Position numbers and translations under genes: made by a program. DNA of 62,431 nucleotides, the filler included, from Diploschistes diacapsis (lineage: Eukaryota), in the NCBI GenBank assembly GCA_023645945.1. It is 5 parts of 5 records of this genome, joined end to end, with 100 filler letters (N's around TTAATTAATTAA, not from the genome) between each part and the next. Parts side by side here need not be neighbours in the genome. Positions count along the whole stretch, not along the records: positions 12,525 to 24,940 come from JALAIB010000745.1; positions 25,041 to 37,454 come from JALAIB010000746.1; 3 more parts are not named here. One strand, written 5' to 3'. The notes beneath the pieces are model-generated. The model had not been told where the DNA came from. It saw nothing but the letters and a program-made list of their open reading frames with translations, and ran no database searches. Below, in pieces: positions 14,220 to 25,999 of the stretch (its first letter is position 1; each line of letters begins with the position of its first letter).

Positions 14220-14900
14220 ATGAGTTATCAATACCGCCAGACCTCACGAGGTCACAGCAGCGACGCAAAGTATACTCGCAACGCTCGGGACACAGAATAT
14301 CCATACAATCACGTTGGAGCAGGGCACCTTCAGCAAAGATCCTCTGTTAATTCGCAACCCACCCCAAGCAGCGAAGGATACTCGGCATTAGAGTACAGCA
14401 ATCAAGGCATGGGGCCTGCTTATGGGCCTCAAACCAATACTTATCAAGCGTCGATTGCCTCACGAGGGGACCACGACCACCTGAACTATCCCTATTCCTT
14501 CGACGGAACACCATGTTTTTCAGCGGTGCCGCCACCCCCAGTTTCCAGCATCTACCCGGCTTTGCATTCTTACCCGGTTGTGGACTTTGTTCCACAGGAT
14601 TCGGCAAGTGCTGCTAGTCCTGCGTCGAATTCACTCAACATACAGACCCACGTCCGTTCACACTTTGCCGTTGATGAGGACGTTAAGGATGGAAAATACA
14701 GATGTGTCTGTGGAAAAGAATTTGGGGGTGCAGCTAAGGACGCAAAACACAACAGGAAACGCCACATCGACTCGTCCAATAATGGAAAGATATTTGAATG
14801 CCGTTTCAAGGAGCAAGGGTGCGATCGGACTGCAAACAGAAGAGATAACTTGGTGCCTCACATGAGGAACTGCCAATACCGCCAAAGAAAGGCCGCTTGA
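14220..14900 (+). CDS. Putative zinc-finger protein with degenerate C2H2/C2HC fingers
   Basis: 226-aa ORF with a low-complexity S/P/Y/Q N-terminus and C-terminal YRCVCGKEF...RKRH and FECRFKEQGCDRTANRRDNLVPHMRNC. Confidence 0.65.
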   Translation: MSYQYRQTSRGHSSDAKYTRNARDTEYPYNHVGAGHLQQRSSVNSQPTPSSEGYSALEYSNQGMGPAYGPQTNTYQASIASRGDHDHLNYPYSFDGTPCFSAVPPPPVSSIYPALHSYPVVDFVPQDSASAASPASNSLNIQTHVRSHFAVDEDVKDGKYRCVCGKEFGGAAKDAKHNRKRHIDSSNNGKIFECRFKEQGCDRTANRRDNLVPHMRNCQYRQRKAA

Positions 14901-15694
14901 CATGCAAAATCAAGTGGAGATTGAATCGTGAAGAAAGCTTCTGCCTCGCTTCTTCGCCTAGGGCCAAATACAATACTATCAGGTAATTGTGAATGTCGAA
15001 GAGCGGCAGTCTTCGTCTTCGGGGCTCTTCGGTGTGACATCTATCTATTTCTGCTCTTCCAGTCTACATTTACGGCCTTTTTGCTTGGCCGGCAACGACT
15101 TCATCGAAGCTTTGGCCTCGCCATGATCAATAACAGACTATATCTTGCTCGACAGACGTCCTGTGTTTCAGCAACCACGACTACTATTACGAATTTCCTT
15201 CCATTCATCCACGTTAACTAGATTGCGCTGATGTTTCCCCCTTTCCTTTTATTCTCCCGGTAGGGTCAAGTATGGTTTTTCAAAGCATCTCCGAAAGAGA
15301 AGCTGGCTTTCAGACGCACTAGGAACGACCAGGAGCTGTGAACGACCCAATTGGGCGGAGTTTGAGATATTTGGAATAGCACTGCCCCTTTATAGAATGT
15401 CATGCAGCAACAGGAATCAACGATACTAGACTCGGCTAATCCGTACCTTTGATTGAGTGGAGAAGCAATCTTGTCGTCCCAATGAGTGACGGCATTGGTC
15501 TAGAATTTAGGGTTCAATCCCTTTGCCTTGGTCGAGCATCTTTGGCCACCCCTCAACGTTCGGTTCCGAAGCCCTTGGCCGGACCAAAGATCTGGATTAC
15601 TGGTACCAGCTAGGTTTGACCCTCGGTCCCGCCCACCGACTCTTGCCTTTGTACACCAAGCCCAACGCAGTACTCAAGCACCATCAATAATGCC

Positions 15695-16591
15695 TCATGA
15701 CCTGAAATCCGCGATTTTCCCCTCAAGCCTCACTCTCGTCAGTCCCGCGCACACCCTTGCCATCCTTCCTGGATCTCGGCCAACTCCCTCCCACAGCTCC
15801 TCCGCGCTCTTCCCGACCCCCACCTTCCCCGCCGTATCCAGGCTCCTCGGATCCACGAACGGCGCCAGGCAAGGCCACAACCCCTGCGCCGTGTCGAAGA
15901 AGATGTTCACCCCCACGTCCCCAATCCCTTTCACCTCCTTGATAGCCTCGCGGATCTTCTTCGGGTCGCTGCCGGCTCGGTCCCGCAGCCGGTTCAGGTC
16001 GCCATCGTATCTTCCTCGTAGAAGCCCCACAAGCTCTCCGAGCTGCGTAGACGTCTTTTCGCGGTAGCGCGTGTAGCCGCCGTCCGTCAGCACCTTGCAG
16101 CGTTCTTCCCAGGTGGACTTTTCGAGGGTCGGGAGGTCGTGGTAAGAAGCCTCGATGCAGCAATGGAGCGTCCTGATGGCAATGTTGTGCGAGATCCGCG
16201 CGGACGTGAGGAGGGCGTGGAGGAGGTGTGCCAGGAGGGTCGAAGGTTCCGGCGAGCGGACGGAGGCGAGGGAGAGGCCGTCCACGGGCGAGCTGCCGTA
16301 TTCGGTTATCAGCTTCTCGAGCTCCGGGGTCAGGGTGTAGGCCGGACCGGGCTCCGAGACGTCCGAGGCGGAGCCTTGGACGGGCTTGGATTTCTTGGGC
16401 GACGGCGGAGCGGCGGAGGAGGCGCCCGGAGGTCCTTCCGGCTTCCGCTTTCTGGAATCCGGTGCTGGCGTCCGCTTCTTGTCCGTGGCTTGAGGCTTGG
16501 TGGCTTCTTCGCTGGCTTTGGCGGGTTCCTTGCTCTTGACGCTTCCTTGGCTGCGGCGCTTGTCGCGGCCTTGAGCGCGGGTTTGCGCCAT
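15695..16591 (-). CDS. HhH-GPD (endonuclease III-like) domain protein with a basic disordered N-terminus
   Basis: Intronless, GC-rich 298-aa ORF. Motifs LLTSARISH, WEERCKVLTDGGYTRYRE, YDGDL, helix-hairpin-helix EVKGIGDVGVNIF and downstream APFVD. Confidence 0.75.
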   Translation of the reverse strand: MAQTRAQGRDKRRSQGSVKSKEPAKASEEATKPQATDKKRTPAPDSRKRKPEGPPGASSAAPPSPKKSKPVQGSASDVSEPGPAYTLTPELEKLITEYGSSPVDGLSLASVRSPEPSTLLAHLLHALLTSARISHNIAIRTLHCCIEASYHDLPTLEKSTWEERCKVLTDGGYTRYREKTSTQLGELVGLLRGRYDGDLNRLRDRAGSDPKKIREAIKEVKGIGDVGVNIFFDTAQGLWPCLAPFVDPRSLDTAGKVGVGKSAEELWEGVGRDPGRMARVCAGLTRVRLEGKIADFRS

Positions 16592-16783
16592 TGCGGAGCA
16601 AGCAGAGCGGGGCCCGCCACAACTAGTTTGTAAACTGATATGCCGTCGCTACTTGGGATGCCCTGGACATGTAGGGTTTTGTGGTGAGGACAAAAGCTCC
16701 TGAAGCGAGAGGCTGTGTATAGCTCTTCGTAGTAGTAGAATAGCTGGAGTTTTCATTTCTATCGTCATTTCTCGGTCATTCTA

Positions 16784-17589
16784 ACGTACTTCCATGACCC
16801 AGTAACGCACCCGCGCGAAATGCTACACTAATGCCAAGCTTTCTATATGATTGATCACCTTTCTCCCTACGACATTTCTTCAAAGAAAAGAATAGAGGAG
16901 GAAACTTGCCCGGCCCTAACGCACGATTTCGGGTAAAGAATAAAATCGGTTATTTTAATTTAACACGTGATGTAAGATGCTTTTTATTTTGGAAATCGAG
17001 AATGGACCACTACAATCGAAGCAATCAACGCCGAAGGACAGGCTATTCCGCCAATGATTATCTTCAAAGGGAAAATGCACCAAGCGGCCTGGTATGAGCC
17101 GGATCGACTCGACTCGATTCAACGTAGAGCATGAGGTCTTAGCGACAGCGGATGGACGAATGATCAGCTCGGCTTGGAATGGCTCAGAAATGTCTTCGAA
17201 CCGCATACAACTAGCTCAAAGTGTGCAGTTTTCGGCCCCTTACGGACCGTAACCGCTGAAAGCGAGCTGCAACAGATCAGCACTCATACTTCACCATGGG
17301 ATCCTAAAACACCGCAAGCTACAAGGGGAACTACAACGCTAGACAAAGGCTTTGGCTGACAGAACTTCGAACCAGATCGCGTAGCCTGTCCAGTCCGACT
17401 AGAATCATCGTAGATCAGGCGACCCGCAAGGAAGTGTAGCATGTGTGGCTCTATACTGCATAATGCCAGAACATGCCCTTTGCGATTTTAATAGTAATTA
17501 ATCATAATAAGAATGTGGTGTTGCAGCAATCCACGTGTAAATCAGGTTGACCTTGTGATTGATTTGACTAACTAGGCCATAATTTACGT
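16784..17589 (+). mobile_element. Internally deleted Fot1/pogo (Tc1-mariner superfamily) DNA transposon
   Basis: Transposase fragments GNREWTTTIEAINAEGQAIPPMIIFKGKMHQAAWYE (16991-17098), GWTNDQLGLEWLRNVFEPHT and the C-terminal knuckle RKCSMCGSILHNARTCP. Degenerate TIRs start ACGTA, each flanked by TA (16782-16783, 17590-17591). Confidence 0.85.
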
Positions 17590-19380
17590 TATAGTGCTAG
17601 GATTACAAATAGAAGTCGATCTCACAGAATTCATGTCCAAGGGTTTCAATTCAGATTACATTTTGCTTGACAACAGAATATTGGGGAAAAAAACTTATAT
17701 ATTGATCATTCCTAAGCGAAACCAAGGGACTATAGTAGCATGTTAGATATAGGTCAAGAAAGAGATTTCTCTGAGCTAGTTTTCGAACTATAAAAAGCTA
17801 TTGTTGCGTTAGCAGCTAAAGCCAAATCTAGTGTAGATGCCAGCTTGTCAACGCTCATCATGGTAGAAGGGCTGGCCCCTTAACACCTTTTCTCTCCCCT
17901 CCACCCGTCATCGCGTCCTCTAGCACCGATGCTAAGTTACTCATACTGATCAGCGTGTCTGGATGTCCTTGTTCGTAGCTATCTTTTCTCGTTTCCAGCA
18001 CCTGCACCTCCAACTTCTCCACCTAGCCCTTTCAATTGATTTAGGGCCCTAAGAGTCTTCCTATATTCAGGGCCTACCTTCGTAGTATTTTTGTGCAGCC
18101 AGGTACAACATATAATGATCAAATTATATCCCACATTTTAGGGTTCTTTATGCTATATCTCAAGACTTTTCGTGTATTACTAGTACTGGTAGATATATCT
18201 TTTTGGCTTCTCTCATTTCGCCTCAATCAGAGTACAGATTTCCCCGGATAATGAGCAGCACTCAGAATTTAGCCGCGTCTGTCTAAATGACAAAAGAAAC
18301 CATTATAAACAGATTCTACTCTTGGCTTGCATGTGGAAGGAGTCGTCATTGTATATACAGCACATCTAACCCCACGCATTTGAATGCTAACCACGGTCAT
18401 CCGATCACCTCTTTGAGAATTTAGCACATGTATAGTCCAACCATGAACATGGTTATGTGAGATTCACCTAGGCGTGATCACACAGCGATGTTATAGCATG
18501 ATTGAAGCTTAGGTCCCTGTCACTCGATGCTGGTCCAGCAACTGATTATTAGCTAGAACAAGAACCCAGATGGCTTCAGCAACGCAATTCTCGGTGTATG
18601 ACTACATGAGTGGCTCACTTCCTCCATACACTTCTAAGCTCATTTTCGAAGCTTACTGCCTCCCTTTCCAGGCCATCCAGATGATCAATATCCAGATATG
18701 AGCCAAACGGCTTGGCAGACACAGTACATGCGGAGAAGGAGGAGCGCAGGTAGTGCTCCTGAAATAAACCGGGCATTGACCAGTCGGCAGCGCTTATCCT
18801 CCCCATACTTTTCACTTTCGCTGATATTTTCTGTTTTCGCATTACAATGTTGGTTGAATTGGTACGTAGGGGGGGGGAGGGGGGACGCCACTGCCTAGTG
18901 GATCTAGACGGTGGCAGAAATGGTGATTAGTATACGGGATAAGCGCTAGCATTTTATCTAAGGAGCTCTCTGTCTCTCTAACCTAGCCATACTCGCCGTC
19001 TTCCATGCTCATGATGGAGAGAGCCGATCCGGAAAGCTATTAAGAACCGGTGACGCAAGCCGTATGACTTCAGCTAGGCGGCTCTTATAAAGTGTTCAAA
19101 GGACGGCCGAAAAATCGAGACAACAAGATGTTCACTCTTCGCCTAGGCTGTAAAAGCAGATGCAACCAAGCTTTTCCACGACTGGGGCCGATGAAGTACG
19201 CTTACTGACGTTGGCCAGAATGGCCTTCTCGCCAATAACCAGCTTCAATGGAAAAGGGAAACATGGCATTTGGTCCGTACCCAAAAAGGCTACTCCCAAA
19301 AGATTCCACGGCCTGTTGCTCTGATGACTGACTAATTGTGTTGCCTTGCCTCAGGATGATTTAACCTTCGCTTACGCTAA

Positions 19381-19414
19381 TTTATCCTATTTTATCCTAT
19401 TTTATCCTATTTTA
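19381..19414 (+). repeat. Tandem repeat (TTTATCCTAT)x3
   Basis: Directly visible. It is followed by degenerate GAAGCAGCTTTTCGA-like repeats to about 19556. Confidence 0.85.
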
Positions 19415-19988
19415 TGCGTCATGGGCACCTTCTGCTGCCAACCCTTTTTAAACCAATAATATAAGGAAGCAGCTTTTCGAGCACCTTTTTCAAGCACATT
19501 TTCGAAGCATATGAAGCAGCTTTTTCGAACACCTTTTCGAAGCTTTTGAAGCAGCGCATTCGGTGCAGACGCCGCTGCCGACGCTACCGCTACCGCTCCT
19601 ATCACCTTTATCTACGATTTTCTGTAGTAGCTACTAGCTGGCACTGGACTGGCTGGCTCCTGCCCTTGCCGACCTCGCCGCATGACGACAGCGCCGGATG
19701 TGATACCGCTAGACATCCATCCAGCACGAGAGCTTTCGCTCCCCACTAGACTAGCATGTGGCATCTTTCTTCCCACCAATAAATTTCTCCACATTATGCA
19801 TTCTTTAGCGCGTTTTCGACACCCTACGGAGCTTTCTTAGGGCTTTATTATACCCCATACAGAATATCTCCGATATGAGATGTTTCAAAAAAGCTACACG
19901 ATAATCAAAGTTTACATTAAAATCGAGTCGCATTCAACGGACGCGAAAAAACAAATTTTATTTACTTATAACAGAATTTAACACAATA

Positions 19989-22760
19989 TATTATCAGCCG
20001 CTGACCCGAAGGGGCTTAGCGCTTAAGACTAACCCAAAGAGGTTTAATCTCAAGCCGGCGTCAGGGTCATAGTCACAGCGGTATTGAGGCAAAGTATTGT
20101 TTGTGGAGTTATGGACGACACTTGCATTACAGATACATAACATCTCTGTAGATGTTACATCTTTCTTCCTTTCCATTCATACCGTTATTACATAGAGCAC
20201 CTACCTGGGTAAGTGTATCCAGTCAATAATCAAGCCTCTATTTCAATTGCCTACTTCGAGATTGTTACTACGTGTGCCCAACAAACCCAAATATCGACAG
20301 TTATGAGCCCGGTATGCGCACACCCTGTCGCTAGCTCTACCAATCTATCTCGAAGCAGTCAACAAGCACCACGTTCAAAAGCCTACCTGGCGTAGACCAG
20401 GAAGGTGCATCGCGAGACTCTCAGGCCCAGCCATACTCGACATCTCCGTGAAGGCTCTGATTGCCACGAGCAGACACACTATCAGTATCAGGTAGATACT
20501 TTGATCAAGCGCGAAGCATACAGCATGCCGTTGCCTACACAAAACCAGTTCATGTTGAGCAAACCTGCCGGTTGGGAGACATGGATCTCCAGTATTCGGC
20601 ATCAAGCCACGTCTCTAGACGTCTGGCATATCATCAAAACCAAGCATAACAGAAAATCCTGCATGCCTTGTGGAACCAATTCAACGAAATATGAATGTTA
20701 TTCTTGCCATCGCAGACGTAGTTGCAAAGACCGCCGAATTCGAGATCTACGAGATTCGAAAAGAAAGCTATGAATCGACTATCGGAACCATGAGAGGCAG
20801 CATAAAAGCCTCGGCGAAATAACGTCCTTTATACTCAACAGGATAGATGCCGACATCAACATTTATATCAGGAAGACGGAGTCTCACCCATAGGATATCC
20901 TCCGAGCACTCAAGCAGCGCCTCGCTCCAAGCTCTGAAGCCCAAAGATCGAGCGTCGAGCAAGACTATCACCGACTGCGCAAAGGTTCCACCAACCAGGA
21001 TATCCTCAAGTGAGTAGGTGACTGGACACTTACCATTGCTCGAGCAGAAGACGTGGACCTCGCTGAAGCCCAAGGAACCGCCCAGTACCAGACTTCCTAC
21101 CTGCAATCGACACTAAATACCCTCCATTTTCAGTCTCATACATGATGGACCCCGAAAGGGCAACACAGCTGAGATGCACCCAGTCATTGACCATTTCCGC
21201 AGACAGTTTGGGCTCCGAGCATCCCAAAATGGCAAGAGCAGGAGCCACTCTGCCCTTCAGTCTGCAACCACGGCAAATACTACACCCGCGCCAAACACCG
21301 CTTTGTTCAAAGGAAGGCCTACAGCCCCCCAATGCCTATGTGGTATCAAGCACTGGTACAGCGAGCGCTACTACCTCAACCCAAGCGCTGGGCCAGTGAG
21401 CTGGAAACCGACACCAGAAGCTCAAGCAAAGGTTAAAGAAGCCTTGAAAGATATTACAGTTAAGGCACGCATTGAAAGGAACCCCAAAAAGAACCAAGAT
21501 AGTACGGCAGCGGGTAACTTCACAAAGCCAAGGACATCAGCCACCTCCAGGGTCGTTTGATCAAAACGACAGCAAGCCACTAGGAACCTTTACGACCATG
21601 TCCAATCACGTCTTTACTGTAGAGCATCCACTACGAAAGTCTTGGCTTTGGGACTCAGGCACAGACGCTCATATCAGCAATATCGCTATGAAAGAACGCT
21701 TTAAGGACTTCCGCCGAGAATCTCCAAACGAGTACGTGATCTCGGGCAGACGCATGTCGATCAAAGGCTACAGAGAGGTCACAATCAACGTCACCAAGAA
21801 CGGTACACCGCAATTAATTGATGTCCCTCAATGTCGCCTATACCCCTGACTACCTTAGGAGCCTTGTCTCGCTACACAAAGCAGAGAGTAAGGGGGTGTA
21901 TCGAGATCACCTAAACATGAGGCTCACAAAGGGGAGCCAATTGTTCTGCAACGTAAAAACTTACGGTGGACATTATCTTCTCAGACAACACCACTGTTCA
22001 GCCTAACTAAAATTCGGTGATAGCAAACCATGCAATAAACTCAGCAACTGCTACGGACTGGCGTGCAATACTTGGACACGGATAAGTAGAAGCCATAAAG
22101 CATCTAAAGGCATCTGTTGAGGGGGTGAAAATGCTACATCCCAGGAAACAGCTCCGGAAACCAGCAATGTGAGCCATATGCTATATCAAAATCTCAGCAA
22201 ATTGTCTCACGGAGTACGTCGAAGTCAGAGCCTTCAGCTAGATCGTCTGAACGCATATCATTCGAGATAAAATTCAGTTCAATCCAGCATACAACTCGGA
22301 CCAATGGGTATCACACGTTGCCTGCGACTATTCAGATTTTATTTAGTCTATACTCACTAGCTGAATACATCAGCACCACAGATTCTTCTTGAGCCATTGA
22401 TTTAATTAAAGGAGATGTCAAGGCGAAGTTATTTCATCCGTACTGATGGTGAAACGGCTCTCGGCATCGCTTTTGAGGATCAATTATCTACCAAAAGTAT
22501 CACATTCGAGGCGTCGAGGCGTCCGCACCCAATACACCTGAGCAAAACGGCCAGGCCGAACGCAAAGGGGACATGCTGGCCACGAAAGCTCGCACTATGC
22601 GCATTGCCGCCAACATCTCTCACAACATGTGTGGCCAGAAGCAATGCAGGCCGCAGGGTATATTGCCGACCGCACGCCTATGATGAAACATGGCTGGAGA
22701 ACACCATTCGAGATAGTGAAGCAACGTGCTCCTAATCTCTCACACCTCAAAGCTGCGCCT
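19989..22760 (+). mobile_element. Degenerate Ty1/Copia LTR retrotransposon (5' LTR, PBS, gag, protease, integrase; RT/RNase H not recognisable)
   Basis: LTR-like segment ending ...ATCGACA (20299), then PBS GTTATGAGCCC. Gag-like WETWISSIRHQA and CLCGIKHW; protease WLWDSGTDAHISN; LNVAYTPD; integrase IRTDGE and TPEQNGQAER...WPEA...TPFE. Many frameshifts and stops. The LTR start is approximate. Confidence 0.85.
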
Positions 22761-23354
22761 AACCACGCTCGGGACAGCTTTTGAATCCGTAAAGATAAAC
22801 GCCGGCGCCAAACCTATTTGGAACGGCAATGCTGCCTTGCATCACGTAGGAAAGCCAGAAAGCTATCGCAGATCATATTCTTAGATGGTTTGTAAAGAGC
22901 TCGTTCTGATTTCTCCCTAGATTATGAAGGTCGAAAGCGAATGCAGAAACAAAGTCATAAAGGTTGTTATAAAAATGCAAATACTCGGGTCCTCGTTTGA
23001 TGACGCAGGAAAGTGATGAGACAGACGAACTTAGCCGAACAGTACAGTATTGCTGCAATATGTTTAACTCAAGCAAGAATGATGCGAGGGCAGCACCCAA
23101 AAGTCGGGCAAAGATCAGGCGAGGGCTCTCGGCCATCACCCCTAGTCTGTAAGAGGGGTGCTGCCGACGCAGATTTTCGGGGCATTATTGTAGCCATTTC
23201 ACGTGGTGATGGAGTACGTTAACTAACCCCTTAAGAGTATTAATTGTGAATATGACTGTAGTTGACTATGAACTTGACTCCTTGAGGGGACTCAATTCTG
23301 GCTGTAAAAGGGGATTCCATTGGAGGAAGAAATACGGATGGTATATACCGACGG

Positions 23355-23575
23355 TGTTGTTCGTGCGGTGGGTATGAGATGCTAATCCTACGTTTGGAAG
23401 CATTCTAGACGAGGAGGTACTGACTACTTCGACGAGGATTGATTGCCCCTTGCCTGTCTTAAAGGTTTGGGTTAGTGGATCCGCCCCGAAGCCTGGCTAC
23501 TTAAAGGGACGCCGACAACTTGCGGGGAGTGATTATATGCTTGCTTGAGTAATGATCTCGAACAGTGCTATAACA
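23355..23575 (-). mobile_element. Possible solo LTR
   Basis: TGTT...AACA termini about 220 bp apart. It shares ACTAACCCAAA with the upstream LTR in the opposite orientation. No target-site duplication found. Confidence 0.3.
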
Positions 23576-23686
23576 GTGATCGATACATGTGTCCCTGCGC
23601 TCTATTCTAAACATTCCCAATCGCCATAGCATGCTGTCCCAACTCCAAACCAGGAATATATACACACACGTTTCAATTCCCGCCTC

Positions 23687-24269
23687 CTAGCGCCTGGAAT
23701 CGTGCCACAAGTTTTCCGGCAGATTCGTCCACCGTATTGCCCCATAGTCCGCTGTACCCTTCAGCGTCCCATCGCCCAGCTTCACAACCCCGAACTTGAG
23801 CATGCGCGGATCGACGCCCAACATCTTCTTGACAGCCTCCTGGGTGGTGGGCGCGCAGTCGAAACGTACGACGAAGTGGTGGCCCTGTATGTAGCGCACC
23901 TGGTGCTTCGAGATGGGTTTGGTGAGCAGATACGTGCCCCAGTTTGCGATGCTGCGCACGATACCCCGCTGGGAGAGTACGATCTGGCCCGTGGCGCGGA
24001 CGAGTCTGTGGAGGAGAAGGCAAGGTCAGCAGTAATACGGAGGCAGAAGGCTCGATGGGATTCGGCCCGGCGGAAGGGGCGACTCTATACAAGAGCCTAG
24101 AAACGGGGCGTAGGGGAGGGATGCGGCGTACTCTTTCACCTCCGAAAGCCGCCCTGGACGGACCTGCAAGGGCTCGCGTTAGCAGGTGGTCTTCTCGAGA
24201 GCTTGCGCACCCCATAGTGATGGATGCAGCGCAGCCGATACGCACCACACCAATGAGCTCGTACAGCAT
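23687..24269 (-). CDS. MRP17: Mitochondrial ribosomal protein bS6m (37S Mrp17), 3 exons
   Basis: Spliced product MLYELIGV|VRPGRLSEVKE|LVRATGQIVLSQRGIVRSIANWG...GHHFVVRFD...LGVDPRMLKF. Introns are GTGCGT..CAG and GTACGC..CAG. Confidence 0.9.
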
Positions 24270-24584
24270 CTTCGGCCCATCAAGCTTTCGCCACCAAAAG
24301 AAGGAAGTTTTTTTTCTCGACGCAACAAACCAAGAACGCAGGTAGAGTAACGGCACGCTCTTGAGTTCTTCAGGGCGCGGTCCCCTCGAAAATGTTCGCT
24401 GACTTATTGGGGCACGGCACGCTAAGCCTTTATTCCGACGCTTGCCGCTTTTATGGTCTAATCTAATACTACAGCTCCATGATGTACCACCCATCCCGCA
24501 ACAGCTGCGGTACGTGTTAGAAAGAGCTACGTTCGGAACAAGTCAAGCTCAGAAGTGCGATTAAAAGCATCCAGAATTATCGAC

Positions 24585-24940
24585 ATGGCTTCGGCGTCCA
24601 CCGCACGAAGCTTCGCTCGCCTACGATGCTTCAATCACCCAAGTCTCTGCTCTCACAATGCCTCACGGCAAGCACCAGTGTCACGGTTACACAACCCTGT
24701 GCGGAGCTTCTCCTCCGCTCGAAGCTGTAAGTAACTACCGATCGAACCCCGCGGGGGGCGGGGGGGGGGACTCCATGTACCTTTCCTGTATTACCCCGTC
24801 ACGCAAACGCCCGACCTGCTTAGGCCTCAGCTTGTCGGAGGCTAACGCGCCGACGACAGTCCGAGAGAAATACTACAACGAGTCCCACGAATGGGTCGAA
24901 ATCTCCCCGGACAAGAAGACCGGTACCCAACCCCCCCAAC
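24585..24940 (+). CDS. GCV3: Glycine cleavage system H protein, 5' part (truncated by the gap)
   Basis: Mitochondrial presequence MASASTARSFARLR..., a GTAAGT..CAG intron, then KYYNESHEWVEISPDKKTG. Confidence 0.85.
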
Positions 24941-25040
24941 NNNNNNNNNNNNNNNNNNNNNNNNNNNNNNNNNNNNNNNNNNNNTTAATTAATTAANNNN
25001 NNNNNNNNNNNNNNNNNNNNNNNNNNNNNNNNNNNNNNNN
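24941..25040. other. Artificial contig-joining spacer
   Basis: 44N-TTAATTAATTAA-44N. Confidence 0.98.
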
Positions 25041-25999
25041 GAGCAGGGAGGGCATGCTTGGTTGCTGCGCTTGTGGTTGTGGTTTTTGATGGGTTGTGTA
25101 CGGTGGAGATGGGGATGGGGCGCGCAAGGCGCGGGTGGTTCGAAGGCTCGGCGGCGGCGCCGGGCGACTGCGGTGCGTCGAGGGTCAGGGGACGGGGAAA
25201 TGAGACGGTCGAGCAGGGTGTCGTGAGATTGGAGGCTTTGTGCTGGTGTTGGCGATATGTTTCTTGTTGCTGGCGGGACCGAAGGTGAAACTTTCATAAG
25301 TTTGGCTTGCATCTTTCTTTGCTACAGCAGATCTCCCGTGCCAAGATGCGGGCTTGGCATCGCTTCGAGGTTACTAATCTCTTCTTCTCTGCACCCCGGT
25401 CTACGTATTACCTTACGACCGAAAGTGTTCCACTCTGGATAGGTACCTATTAGAGCGACTTGGGTGCTTCAGCTCAGAAGCTCATGATACTGGCATACTG
25501 TCTCGTCATTGTCGACTCGACACACTGGACTGTTCCTTGACAGACCCTGATCGCCTTTTGCAGCGACACCGCTATTGCGACGAGGTCACATCGGCAGGCA
25601 GAATCTCATATAGTTCGAGAGCAGTACGGCGTCGGTATCTACCTATAATATCTTGGAGACTGGCTCTGGATGGAATGGAAAGCTACGTTATCCCAACTCA
25701 GGTGCCACGAAGTAGAACAAAACTAGCTACTCGACCCTAGAATGTGCGCTGTAACAGTCTACAGCTTACTCACTTCGGCCTCGGGAGAGATCAACACTGC
25801 GTTCATAATCTTGTTTAGAAGTAAAAGTTAGATCCTTGGTTAGCAGCAGCAACGGCATTGAATGTCGAAGAAAGCATAAACTTTTCACAGTGATCGTTAT
25901 GAATTCGATACAACCGCATCAGCCCTAAGCAACCAGATAGTTAATAACAATGATTCATGATAGGTTATATAATTTGGATATGAGAACATCATCAAACAT

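Noticed and set aside
15491..15527. tRNA-like A-box/B-box fragments (TGGTCTAG...GGTTCAATCCC); a similar pair at about 12746-12770
   Set aside because: The boxes are too close together and there is no anticodon arm or cloverleaf. At most these are isolated TFIIIC-like sites.
15586..15612. GATCTGGATT...ACCAGC resembling the 3' half of a TPP riboswitch
   Set aside because: There is no upstream CTGAGA element, the spacing is wrong, and no thiamine gene is nearby.
25041..25312. ORF running into the gap as a continuation of GCV3 or a definable gene
   Set aside because: It is on a different contig and strand, is low-complexity, and has no recognisable motif.
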